Below, piece after piece: positions 12,450 through 62,624 of a stretch of 64,000 nucleotides of DNA. The stretch is from Macrostomum lignano (taxonomy: Eukaryota), in the NCBI GenBank assembly GCA_002269645.1, contig NIVC01000104.1:587179-651178 (forward strand), given 5' to 3'. The position numbers and the translations under genes were made by a program. The notes under the pieces were generated by a model, which was not told where the DNA came from, searched no databases, and saw only the letters and a program-made list of their open reading frames with translations. How positions within the stretch are numbered: the first letter of the stretch is position 1; each line of letters opens with the position of its first letter.

Positions 12450-12815
12450 TTACTTGGCGCTGGTGTACTTGGTGACGGCCTTAGTGCCCTCGCTGACGGC
12501 GTGCTTGGCCAGTTCACCAGGCAGCAGCAGGCGGACAGCAGTCTGGATCTCCCGGCTGCTGATGGTGCTGCGCTTGTTGTAGTGGGCCAGACGGCTGGCC
12601 TCACCAGCGATGCGCTCGAACACGTCGTTGACGAAGCTGTTCATGATCATCATGGCCTTGCTGGAGATGCCGGTGTCCGGGTGCACCTGGCGCAGGACCT
12701 TGTAGATGTAGATGGCGTAAGACTCCTTCCTCCTGCGCTTCCTCTTCTTGTCAGTCTTCGGGGCCTTAGCCTTGCTGGCCTTCTTGGCAGCCATACCACT
12801 GACCTTCGGCGGCAT
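12450..12815 (-). CDS. H2B: Histone H2B (intronless, replication-dependent type), 121 aa
   Basis: MPPKVSG...[27 protein letters not shown]...[55 protein letters not shown]. The true start is the ATG at 12815, not the upstream start used by the ORF track. Confidence 0.98.
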   Translation of the reverse strand: MPPKVSGMAAKKASKAKAPKTDKKRKRRRKESYAIYIYKVLRQVHPDTGISSKAMMIMNSFVNDVFERIAGEASRLAHYNKRSTISSREIQTAVRLLLPGELAKHAVSEGTKAVTKYTSAK

Positions 12816-12898
12816 CGTTAAATTTGAAATATTAGGAGAGTAAGCTATCAAGGTGTTGAAACAATGTTATGTTGGGCTGTTTCTTTCGGAGCAATTGA

Positions 12899-12985
12899 TT
12901 ATATAGGTAGGGCAAGTTCTGAGGGGGTCTCTTGAAAAGCAGAATTTGTGCTAGATCGATATTTTTGAAAATTCGAGCAGCCAAT
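12899..12985 (-). promoter_or_regulatory. Putative H2B core promoter (TATA box plus CCAAT box)
   Basis: TATATAA on the minus strand at 12905-12899, about 85 bp upstream of the ATG, and AGCCAATCAG around 12981. Confidence 0.55.
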
Positions 12986-14599
12986 CAGCAACGCGGTCCA
13001 TTCGTACTGCATGTTAGACTTGGCCATTTATTAATTTTCTTTACACTCTACTACTAGTAGGATGCTAAAACTTTTCTGCGTTTATGTTTAAACGAATATT
13101 TTAAAACATTTCGAGTCATCTTGATAAATTAAGCGTCGACTGTGGAGTCGCATTGCATAACACAGTTAAGAGTTAATACAGTTACAGAATCGTAGCCAGG
13201 ATCTGGTAGTGGAAAATGGATGGTCCAAAGGGCTTGTATTTATGTTTCTTAAAATCGTTTAATTGACAAATCAGCGCCTTTCATCAAAGCCCAAAAACAG
13301 AAAAAAACAGCACAGAAAGCTTTTTAAGCAATTTTGATGTCATGGTTAAAGGCAATCGCCGTTTTTTCTTTAATAAACTGTCGCTTTTTCTTAAAATCTA
13401 CTAATTCTTTTGACTCAGACTATTATACTAAAACGGCCCTTTTAAGGGCTCCTACGAGCACACAAAATTAACCAATTTGAATGAGCAAAACTTATCTTCT
13501 CTGCTTGATTCGGCTGCACCTTATTTTTAAAAAGATTGATAACTTCAGCAGTAATGTTGACGGCTATTCGTACTTACTTAGTTTTTCAGTTTTTATAGGC
13601 CTAGGACAATTAACAGAAAATTGTACAGTATATATATACATGCAATTGTGTAGATTTTACAACAGTGCACTGCTTTTTACTTTTTTGAAGATAGAGAACA
13701 TCCTGGGCCATTCTGTTATAGGGCATAATCATGTTTGTTCAAGTTACTAGGGATGCTGATCGGCCAATCAAAGATTTAGTTAAAACGGCCCTTTTAGGGG
13801 TTTTTCAAAGAATTAGCTAGTCTGATCTCTGTTGGTGCGCACGGTCACCAGGGCGCCTTGTTTAGATTTCTACATACTACATTATTTATGTAGATCTTCA
13901 TTTTAGTATATATGAGAGAATTATGCACAAATGTTATGTGTAATTATCCAGCTTTGTAACTGCAATGTAACACATGAATGTAATTAAATTTGAATAGAAA
14001 TGAGCAAATACGGTAGCATCAAAGTAAGAGTCAATATCAATCGTCAGACTTAATCGACTTGGATCTCAACGCAAGGTTAAAAAGTTAATAGTTAAAAAAA
14101 GTTAAATCTTATATACTTTGACCTAAAAATAAAATATTTTTTCTGATTTCTACACAAAATTAAAGGTTGGACATGCATCAAACACATATTTTTCAAATGT
14201 GTTCAAAATTCAAAATAAAATTGTAGAACATGTCAACCAAACACAGCATAGGAAACATATTTATCGACATGGCATAAAAATTTGTGCAACAATAAGGTTT
14301 AGCTATAGAAGAAGTTGCGCAGTGATTTAATGAAAATGCGATTGAAAATGAGTTCATCGAGAAATAAGAATAATGACATATACGACTACGAGTATATGAC
14401 AAAGTTGCAGACTTATTGACATAACGCAAGATGAAACGAAATCCGACTATAAGAGTGAGTATACAAAATAAGAAAACGCATTTTAAAGCCACTTATTACA
14501 ACGGCTTTATTGAATTTTGAATTTTCAAAGCAAATATTTATTTGAGGCGGCAAAAGCATCAGAAAAAACTGTCTAGTATGGTTTTTAGGTTTTCTGTGC

Positions 14600-14930
14600 T
14601 GGGAGGAGGTTGAGGTAGACAGCGGAGAAGCTGGAGTAGAGGAGTGGATGAGGTGGAGTTAGAGAGCGAATGAGGAGGAGTAAAGAGCGGATGGGGTGGA
14701 GTAGACAGCGGAGGAAGTAGAATAGAGAGCGGATGGGGTGGAGTAGACAGCGGAGGAAGTAGAATAGAGAGCGGGTGGGTGGAGTAGACAGCGGAGGAAG
14801 TAGAATAGAGAGCGGATGGGGTGGAGTAGACAGCGGAGGAAGTAGAATAGAGAGCGGATGGGGTGCAGTAGAGAGCGGATGAGGTGGAGTAGAGAGTGGA
14901 TGAGGTAGAGTTCAGGAGAGAGATGAGAGG
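14600..14930. repeat. About 45-bp purine-rich minisatellite downstream of the Ig gene stop
   Basis: Units of GCGGATGGGGTGGAGTAGACAGCGGAGGAAGTAGAATAGAGA. Confidence 0.85.
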
Positions 14931-14998
14931 GTTGGGAAAAGAAGAAAAAACAAAGACCGAGGAGGATCAAGGAAACATGCCCAGATGCGGCAGTGGAA

Positions 14999-39139
<24,141 letters not shown>

Positions 39140-39899
39140 AATTATCAGTAAATATTCAGTCCAGCATTTCCAGCTAACTTTTCCTAGTTAAATTTGAGGC
39201 CACCTGTAGCATTTAAAATAATCGTTGAATTAAATGAGGCCAAAAGTCTAGCAATAGTCTAACTGAGGCCAAGTTGAGTTGATATTAATATTTCTGAGCA
39301 CAGCCAATCCAAGCCCTACTAGCTCAAACAGGGCTAGCCAATTGCAGTCACAGCGGGGTGCTACATACAGACAAATAGAATGCCGAAAAAAACCACACGC
39401 ACGCAATTATATTGTAGAGACTCAGGTACTTCATAATCTAGGACTGTTATTAATGCCTTATATTGTTTTAGGCTTGGTTATTACTGCATCAGAATGGAAG
39501 GCGCACTTAACTTAATCCCCCATTTAGGAGTAGTGCCACACCACTCCAGGTGCCCATAGCGGCTTTTTTCTCCACAATATTTGCTGAGCTACACACCGCG
39601 CGTTGCCATGGAAACGCAGAATCTAATTAGCATAAATACAATTGCCGTTTGCTTAATTAATTTGTATTTAATTGTATTGAAGCCCTAATCATCGTGGGTT
39701 TGAACTAATTCAATACCATAAAGAACATTAAATGATGAACTTGGAGCAAAGTGCATCTGACACTTAAGAATCCTCATTCGCTGGATCTCAAACCTTTGCC
39801 TGCATAGCGCGCGGTGCTTCCATAGTGAGCATATGGCTGGAGCTTTTTCTTCTATAGCTACTCATGCACCTGTGTACATATTGCACCACCCAACGCCAC

Positions 39900-40740
39900 T
39901 CTATAGATACCTTGACCCCTTGACAAGTTACTATGACCAATCTCACTAGATACCTGACCCCAAAGTAGCACCACGACCCTTCACATCAGACACTTGACAA
40001 CTATAAAAGACACCTTGACCCTCTCACTAGATACCTTGACCCCTCGCAAGACACCTTGACCCTCTCATTAGATACCTTGACCCCTCGCAAGACACCTTGA
40101 CCCTGTCACAAGACACTTGACCCCTTCACTAAACACCTATTGGCGGTCTTGACCCCCTCACTAGACACTTGACCCCCTCACTAAGACACTTGACCCCCTC
40201 ACTAAGACACTTTTGACCCCCTCGCTAAGACACTTGACCCCCTCACTAAGACACTTGACCCCCTCACTAAGACACTTTTGACCCCCTCGCTAAGACACTT
40301 GACCCCCTCACTAAGACACTTGACCCCATCACTAAGACACTTGACCTCCTCACTAAGACACTTTTGACCCCCTCGCTAAGATACTTGACCCCCTCACTAA
40401 GACACTTGACCCCATCACTAAGACACTTTTGACCCCCTCGCTAAGATACTTGACCCCCTCACTAAGACACTTGACCCCATCACTAAGACACTTTTGACCC
40501 CCTCGCTAAGACAATTGACCCCTCACTAAGACACTTGACCCCCTCACTAAGACACTTGACCCTCACTAAGACACTTGACCCCTCACTAAGACACTTGACC
40601 CCCTTACTAAGACACTTTTGACCCCCTCACTAAGACACTTGACCCCCTCACTAAGACACTTGACCCCCTCGCTAAGATACTTGACCCCCTCACTAAGACA
40701 CTTGACCCCATCACTGACACTTGACCTCATCACTAAGACA
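39900..40740. repeat. About 21-bp minisatellite (CTAAGACACTTGACCCCCTCA)
   Basis: About 38 units upstream of Ig coding exon 1. Confidence 0.92.
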
Positions 40741-41829
40741 CCATCGGAAGTCACCAGCGACAGTTATGAGGATCTGGCAATAACGGTGAGCTGGTGTCTA
40801 AGATTTCAACACACAGAGGATTTATTATTACATACGTGTGAGCAACTGTGGAATCAGTGGGATTTCACAGTGCATTACAAAATAAAACCAAACTAAACAT
40901 TGAAGCTGGTGATGAGACAACATTAAACAATAAACAGCCATAAAACATTACAATTAAATTCGATTAACGCCAAGCCCAATTTAGCTCAACAAAAAGCATA
41001 TAGTAGCTAACTATTAATTTGTACTTGTAAAAATGAAGTTGTGCTTGCTTAGTTCCGGCGACAAACTATTTTATAAAATTAGTAACAGTCTTATAATCCA
41101 GGCGTATTGGCCTGCCAAATGGATATTAAACAAAAATTAACTGAACAGAAAATAACTGAGATTATATACTTAAACTATGATTATAATTGGATAATTCGCG
41201 TTTCGCACTACTCACTTGCCAAAGCCGGGGTAAGTAGTGCAATAAGCAAGCTCATTCCGGACACCAAAAACCAAAAAAGCGGATGAAAAACAAGATAAGA
41301 ATTCAGACACGAACAGAACGATATTGAAACTAAAAGAAAACTTAAACAGCAACAAACCGATAGGAACAGAGTCGCAATTAAAAAAAACGCACAAACTGTG
41401 CATTCAATTTTTCTTCTTCTGAGAAAATCAAATTAAAGGGGCTTGGTTCGCTCGCGACACGATTTTTTTCGTGTTAGCACTACTCAAAGTAGTTGAAGAA
41501 TAACACTTGCAGAATAGGCAACAAGACCGTCTTTATAGAAAGCTTAGATACTGACTGAATTAGCTTATCTTTTGTGTATTTGTTCGCTTTCCTATGGACA
41601 AATGAACTTGATGCATGTACAAGTGCAAGTGCACTCAATGCTATGGCAATGAAATAATAAGCTTGCACTAACAACCTGCTGCCCCTGTACAGCAAATTAT
41701 GCATAGAGTAAATTGTGCAAGCTGGAAAGGCAAGACAAGAATAAGTATTCGATTTGATTAATTAAAAGTGCACACTATGAATGCAAGAAAATTATAGAAT
41801 TGACCTTAAATGTCCTCTCATAGACACAT

Positions 41830-42050
41830 GAGCATGTGACCTGAAATAACCCATCATATAGACAGGGGCATTGCGTGACCTGAATTGACCCTCCAGAATG
41901 CGTGGCCTCAAATAACCCTCAGAAGGACAGTGATATTTTATAATGTGACCTAAAATTACCCTGCGTGACCTGAATTGACCATCAGAAGGCATTTTGTGAC
42001 CTGAATTGACCTTGAAAAGGCATTGCGTGACCTGAATTGACCCCCCTCCA
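41830..42050. repeat. Short degenerate repeat containing TGACCTGAATTGACC
   Basis: Four exact copies at about 41876, 41966, 41997 and 42029, plus two degenerate copies. Confidence 0.75.
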
Positions 42051-42346
42051 GAAGGACAGTGGCGGCACTGTGCTACATTACACAGTGAGGAATTAAATAA
42101 AGCATGCATTAAATAACAACTGTGCATTGATTCTATTCGAACTCGGAGGGAGTGGTAAGTGACACCTAGTGAGCTAAGCTAAATGAATTATTGTGATATG
42201 CATTTCAAGCTACAAAAACTGAGCGGTGGCCCATGGATCTAAGAATTGCTGCTGTTGCTGCTGCTGCTGGATTGAATGCGGTGAGCAGGCGGGATAGAGA
42301 TGAGCTAAAAATTCGGCAGCCAAGTTGCTGTAGAGTCCGCCGGCGC

Positions 42347-57043
<14,697 letters not shown>

Positions 57044-57717
57044 TTAAGCGGCGGCCCGTAGTCCGGTGATAAACAATCGGATGGATTAGAGAGGCGTTAA
57101 AATTACGACGGACCCGAAAGGAAGAGAAGGCTAGCCAATTTAGATTAAAATTTTCGGGAGAGAGGATTGGGCTGTCTGGTTTAAGTTAAAATCAATTTAC
57201 ACTGAACAGTCTGGTACAAGTTAACGGTCCCTATAATGTACATTTATAAGGAGGCCTGGGGTTGGGTTAAGGGTGTGGGAGAGAGGTGGATAGATAAAGG
57301 CGGTATTGATGTACATTGTGGTCAAAGGGTAAGGGGGTGAGAGGGAAAGAATCAGACTATTATTACTCTCATAATATGTAGAGTAATTACTATAATAGAA
57401 CGCCTCTATAATGAAACACTTAGGAAAACTCGGGTTAAAGAAACAAAATAGACAAATCTTTAAAGTACGAGAAGGCAGAAGCTGCTATATGCGTAAAAAT
57501 AAATAGCTTAACAGACTGTTAATAGCAAGTCTATCATGCGAGTAATACAGCTAACTACACTGTAACTCACTAACGGACTAACTAGCTGGCTAGCTATCAA
57601 AGCTTTATTTGCTTATTATATAGCTACTTATGAACTCCTTTGTAATAGAGCATGGTGCGAGCCTTATATTGCCCGCTATTCATAGGCGTAGGAACGTTTC
57701 AAAAAGTGGGGGCCAGG

Positions 57718-59395
57718 TAGGGATCCCAAATCCCGGACATTTTACAATCCCGGGATCCCGGACAAAAAATTGACCCAATCCCGGGATCCCGGGCCAATCC
57801 CGGGATTGAACAAACAAATTTACGGGAAGCTTTCCCATTGTCCACAAAACAATTTCTCAACCAATTTGAGCATCATTTAGGTTTCTAATTTCTATTTCTA
57901 GCTTATACGAGTAGAACTGCATTGATAAAATAGTTGAAGTTACATGTAGTTGTTAGTTGTACATACACACAAAACTACACCCTCTCCCCTCGGATTAGGA
58001 CCGTATACGCTGCGCTGGTGCCTCTCTCTGCCCCCAACACAGACCACCTCACACGCACACACACAGAGACTCAGACTCAGAACTAGGGATTCCAAAATCC
58101 CGACATTTTACAATCCCGGGATTGAATAGTCCCGAAATCCCGATGCTGTTGAAATCCCGGGATTCAAAATCCCGGAATCCCGGTGCTTTTGCAATCCCGG
58201 GATTAAAAATCCCGGGATTCGATTCCCAAAAAAATCCCGGGATTCAAATCCCGGATTTTTGGCCCCAATCCCGGGATCCCGGGATTGGAATCCCTAAATT
58301 GCTAGACGGACTGTGCGGCGTGCCGCGTGCAGTAGTCATGGTCTCGCGACTCTCAGAGTCTCAGGGCCTTTTCATATTACCAATTCCAGAACCAGAATCG
58401 GTTCGGAATTCGAAGAAAAACAGCATTATAACTATTAAACTCTGTTAATATTTGACTGCCTTAACAGCCTCACTTTGCACGATTTTTCACTTTCTTCTTG
58501 GCGACTGTCATTCAATAATAAAAACTTTATAGCACGTATCTCCCTCTAGTTATGGAGACAAAAAGTTTATACTTCACAAATTGGTTCTTGTTCTGGAACC
58601 AGAGCAAGCAATATGAAAAGGCCCTCAGTCTCGTCTCGTGGTAGAAAACGAAAAAAAGTTAAAATTATCTATCATTTACAGTTCACATTAACAATTTTTA
58701 GCTCAATTAGGACAGGAGCTTTGCAAATGTTTAACGTTTCATTGAGAAACAGCAAAAACAAATAAATGTTTTATTATTCAAATAAACGTTTAGACTTTAA
58801 ATTATCTAATTTAGGCATTGAAAGGTCGTTCTAATCCCGGACCAATCCCGGGATTAAGGCCTTGAAATCCCGGGATCCCGATCCCGGTCTTTTGCAATCC
58901 CGGGATTAAAAATCCCGGGATTCGATTCCCAAAAAAATCCCGGGATTCAATCCCGGATTTTTGGCCCCAATCCCGGGATCCCGGGATTGGAATCCCTACT
59001 CAGAACCCAGTCCGCACCCCACCCCCATTTTCCCCTTTCCCTTCCTTAGCTGCGCCTGCGCACTGCGGCGGGGCCCGGGCCAGTGGGCCCAGTGTCCAGG
59101 CCATCGCCACTTAGACAGTTAGAGTCTAGACTAGAGTCAGACCCCTTAGTCTAGTGACTAGTAGTGCTTGATACAGTTGAATGAGTTGATTGATAGTCCT
59201 ACTGTCCTTCATTCTATAACTTCATTCTCAGGATGCAAAAATTCTCCCAAAACTGTTGAGTGCTAATTGCAAGACGAAACATATTCACTTCTGCAAAGTG
59301 TAAATTCCAATCCCGTGTTTACCGGGATCCCGGACCCCTAATCCCGGGATCCCGTACACTAACAAAAAGCCGGGATCCCGGGATTGGGACCCCTA
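57718..59395. mobile_element. Middle hAT element (TAGGG ends) nested in the outer element
   Basis: TIR TAGGGATCCCAAATCC / GGATTGGGACCCCTA and 8-bp TSD GGGCCAGG at 57710-57717 and 59396-59403. Confidence 0.88.
58084..58998. mobile_element. 915-bp non-autonomous hAT element, copy 2 (innermost nested insertion)
   Basis: Almost identical to 55258-56181, with its own 8-bp TSD CTCAGAAC at 58076-58083 and 58999-59006. Confidence 0.92.
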
Positions 59396-60547
59396 GGGCC
59401 AGGTTCAGTGACGGATTTAGGGGGGGGGCGCAAACCCCCGTCGAGTTATATTTTTTATATGGAAAATGCACATTATCATGTACCGATTATTTTCAGAATT
59501 CATCTTGTCAACACTCATTTTATAAAGCGCCGCAGGCACTCATCTTAGCGCCGCAGGCACTCATTTTAGCGCCGCAGGCACTCATCTTAGCGCCGCAGGC
59601 ACTCATTTTGGCGCTGCAGGCGCCATGTTTTGTCGCCCTGCAGCAAAATGCATTCATGCAAAGCAGCAAAAACCAAAAAGAAGCAAGAAGCCAGATACCA
59701 TTACTGTCCCCCCATTTTAAAAAGTGGGGGGCCATGGTGGCCCCACTGGCCCCCCCGTTCCTACACCTATGCCGCTATTCCAAGCAGTTAGTCAAGTTGC
59801 GGGCTTTATTTTTCAACCATTTGTCTATGGGAATTATATACGAGCTATACATGCTCTATATGAGATTCTGATAAAGCACGCTATTTTCCGGGCACTATTT
59901 ACTTTGCACCCTCAAGCCTTCGACTAACAAATTAATTTCGAATTCAGACTAACAAAAGAAAAAAATAAATATAGGCTATGACAATTGTGTACAATAATAG
60001 TAGAGAAAAAGCTGTGTACTATTATTTATGATGGCATTGCACGGTTGCAGCCAGTGGAAGAAGCGTTCAAATTTGCTATAGCTACAGCAACCGTAACTAA
60101 GGCAAACAGCAGCCAACCTCATTATTTCAGTGTAATCATAAAAATACTGTTCCTTCAGTCCGATAGTGCATAACGCGCATAACTCGCGTATACATATTCA
60201 AATTTCGAAGGTTGTATCAGAGTCATAAACTATACTAGTATATTCGCTGCTGCTTATACATGGGTATATAAGGGCCTGTCAGTTATTACACCGCATGTAG
60301 TGATGTAGCAGGTTGTTAGGCTGCTAGCGGATGCCGCTGCATATTCTGTATGCATAAAACTAGGATGAAGTGCAGTGCGATGCGTGGACTTACGGAATCT
60401 ACCAGTTTGTAGAGTCGGATTAGAATATTACTCGTATATAGATATTAGACGTATAATACACCGGTACGAGTACATGCTTAGTTAACAGTTTACGGCAACT
60501 GTTAACTAATCGATCAGAATCATGCAATATATAGCATTATATGCAAA

Positions 60548-62484
60548 TTAGAACTTCTTATATGCATATGGCGGAATGATTTTGTATAAAATGTACGTGG
60601 CCTCCAGTAGGTTGATGCGCCGCACTAAACACACCCAGAACGCAGGTTTTGGCGCGAGTGGATTTCGATATGCTGAGAGGCTGCAGAGAGGATGGGCATG
60701 GGGAGAAAGATATAGGAGTGAAACTGCATGCAGAATGGACCCACAGATGCTTGATAATCAGCAAAGGGAGCGCCAATTCAACGGGATTTCAGTGCTGCTA
60801 ACCCCAGCTTTAGGGTAACTATTTCTTGATCCTATCTGTTACAGGCCAGTCAAGGTCAATGATATATAGTTTCTAGTTTGGCACATTTCAATCTTCTGCG
60901 ATCTTCTTTTCCCAAGCAAAATACAAGCTAGCCTATCACTACACTTTTGTATCTAATAAGCTAATAAACTATAAAATCGTTAGGTGAATCAAATTGAGAA
61001 CCTGGAATATTGGTGAACTGTTGTGGCTTTAGGGGAAATTGGTGAATTGTTGTGGTGATCTGGGATATTGGTGAACTGTTGTGGCGATCTGGGGTAATTG
61101 TTGAACTGTTGTGGCTTTCGGGGATATTGGTGAACTGTTGTGGCTTTCGGGGATATTGGTGAACTGTTGTGGCGATCTGGGGTAATTGTTGAACTGTTGT
61201 GGCTTTCGGGGATATTGGTGAACTGTTGTGGCTTTCGGGGATATTGGTGAACTGTTGTGGCTTTAGGGGAAATTGGTGAATTGTTGTGGCTTTCGGGGAT
61301 ATTGGTGAACTGTTGTGGCTTTCGGGGATATTGGTGAACTGTTGTGGCGATCTGGGGTATTGGTGAACTGTTGTGGCGATCTGGGATATTGGTGAACTGC
61401 ACTGATGATCTAAATATTGGTGAACTGCTGCGATGATCCTTGCACCAGGTTAAACAACACAGATGAGCCTGATGATTTTGAATAGAAATTGTACAGTGCC
61501 CAATTCAGATTATCTTCAGTAAAGAAATAACAACTGTGAAACACGGAGACTGGATCAAAACATATTTTCATCCAAAATCCTAGAAAATTCTGCTCAGACA
61601 GACTTCCGACAAAATCTTTCCAACTCAATGGCTAAATTTTCTAAATACGCTGTGAAAAGCTTGCACCAACCAATGTATTACTCAGCAGGAAAAACCGCCA
61701 TGAAAGAGTACTAGCGTAAGATTACTTGTAAACAATAAACTGGAAAAAACAAGAAACTAGAAAAATAAACTGAAAGAAACGAAAAAAAAGTATTAGGAAA
61801 AAGCATAACAAAACCCATCAGGGTTGGAATTTCATAGCGACGAATTATTAACAACAAAGTATTAAGTAACAAAATATTATTTTTGAATTTTAGATCATTT
61901 CAGATTTCAGAAATAAACAATGCCCAGCAACACACAGAGATACTTTATGTAACCAATGACTGTTGACATAATAAATTTATTAAACAAGTCAAGCATTTCA
62001 GGGAAGACTGTAAAAAACCAACAGCTAATTGAAATCGCGTTGGCAACACTTTGTAATAAATTAGGAAAGTCAGAAATTCTATTTATAACAACTACTAACT
62101 AATAAACTACTAATTAGATTATTGTTATTTTTAATGCTTTCGAGTATTGTTCTCATACATGCGCAACCCCCCTGATTTACAGCAGCCGTGCGACCTATTT
62201 TTGACCAAAAATACGACTTAGTTATGAAAGAAACCTAAGCAAAACTAAAGGAATTTTGAGTAAACGGCAGGAGTAACTATAGCTGTATAATTAAGGCTAA
62301 ATGCCTTGTCATCTAATTAGTACTTCGTCTGTATTGCTTCGGTGGGCACTTTTGCCACTTACCTTGGCTGGGCCTCTCGCCAGCCAGCCGGCTTGGCTGG
62401 GTATTGCGCATGTACGAGCGTGATTGTTCTTGTCATATTGACTTTAGCGTATTTTATTGAAAAAGAACAAAATTCCTGCCTACT
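60548..62484 (-). CDS. Candidate downstream exons of the RS/SP-rich gene (62484-62363 and 60680-60548)
   Basis: A phase-consistent chain from a CAG|GTGTCT donor at 62658: a 122-nt exon (SRQEFCSFSIKYAKVNMTRTITLVHAQYPAKPAGWREAQP) ending AG|GTAAGT, then a CTCTCTGCAG acceptor and SLSAYRNPLAPKPAFWVCLVRRINLLEATYILYKIIPPYAYKKF*. I recognise no homology. Confidence 0.4.
61005..61430. repeat. 29-bp minisatellite (GGTGAACTGTTGTGGCTTTCGGGGATATT)
   Basis: About 14 units. Confidence 0.92.
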
Positions 62485-62624
62485 CTGGACTGGCCAAGGG
62501 TTATTCAAACAAAAAAAGGAAAAATATTCAAATGCAAAAGGAACACAAAGGATAACTAACTGAATATTCCATACATTTCCGATACTAGAGTTCATTAAAC
62601 TACCAAAACACTCTCTGACGTCGA

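Larger units (their letters stand above)
57681..59771. mobile_element. Outer hAT-type non-autonomous element (CATAGG ends) hosting two nested insertions
   Basis: TIR CATAGGCGTAGGAACG / CGTTCCTACACCTATG, 8-bp TSD CCGCTATT at 57673-57680 and 59772-59779, and an internal 21-bp tandem repeat (CTTAGCGCCGCAGGCACTCAT) at about 59525-59625. Confidence 0.88.

Noticed and set aside
12432-12821. 129-aa plus-strand ORF
   Set aside because: Antisense shadow of the GC-rich H2B coding sequence.
13190-13230. TCTGGTAGTGGAAAA (SGSGK) as a remnant of an H2A/H4 start
   Set aside because: Only five codons, with no ATG and no downstream similarity. The adjacent GTAGCCAGG looks more like the TIR family of the 8178-8329 MITE.
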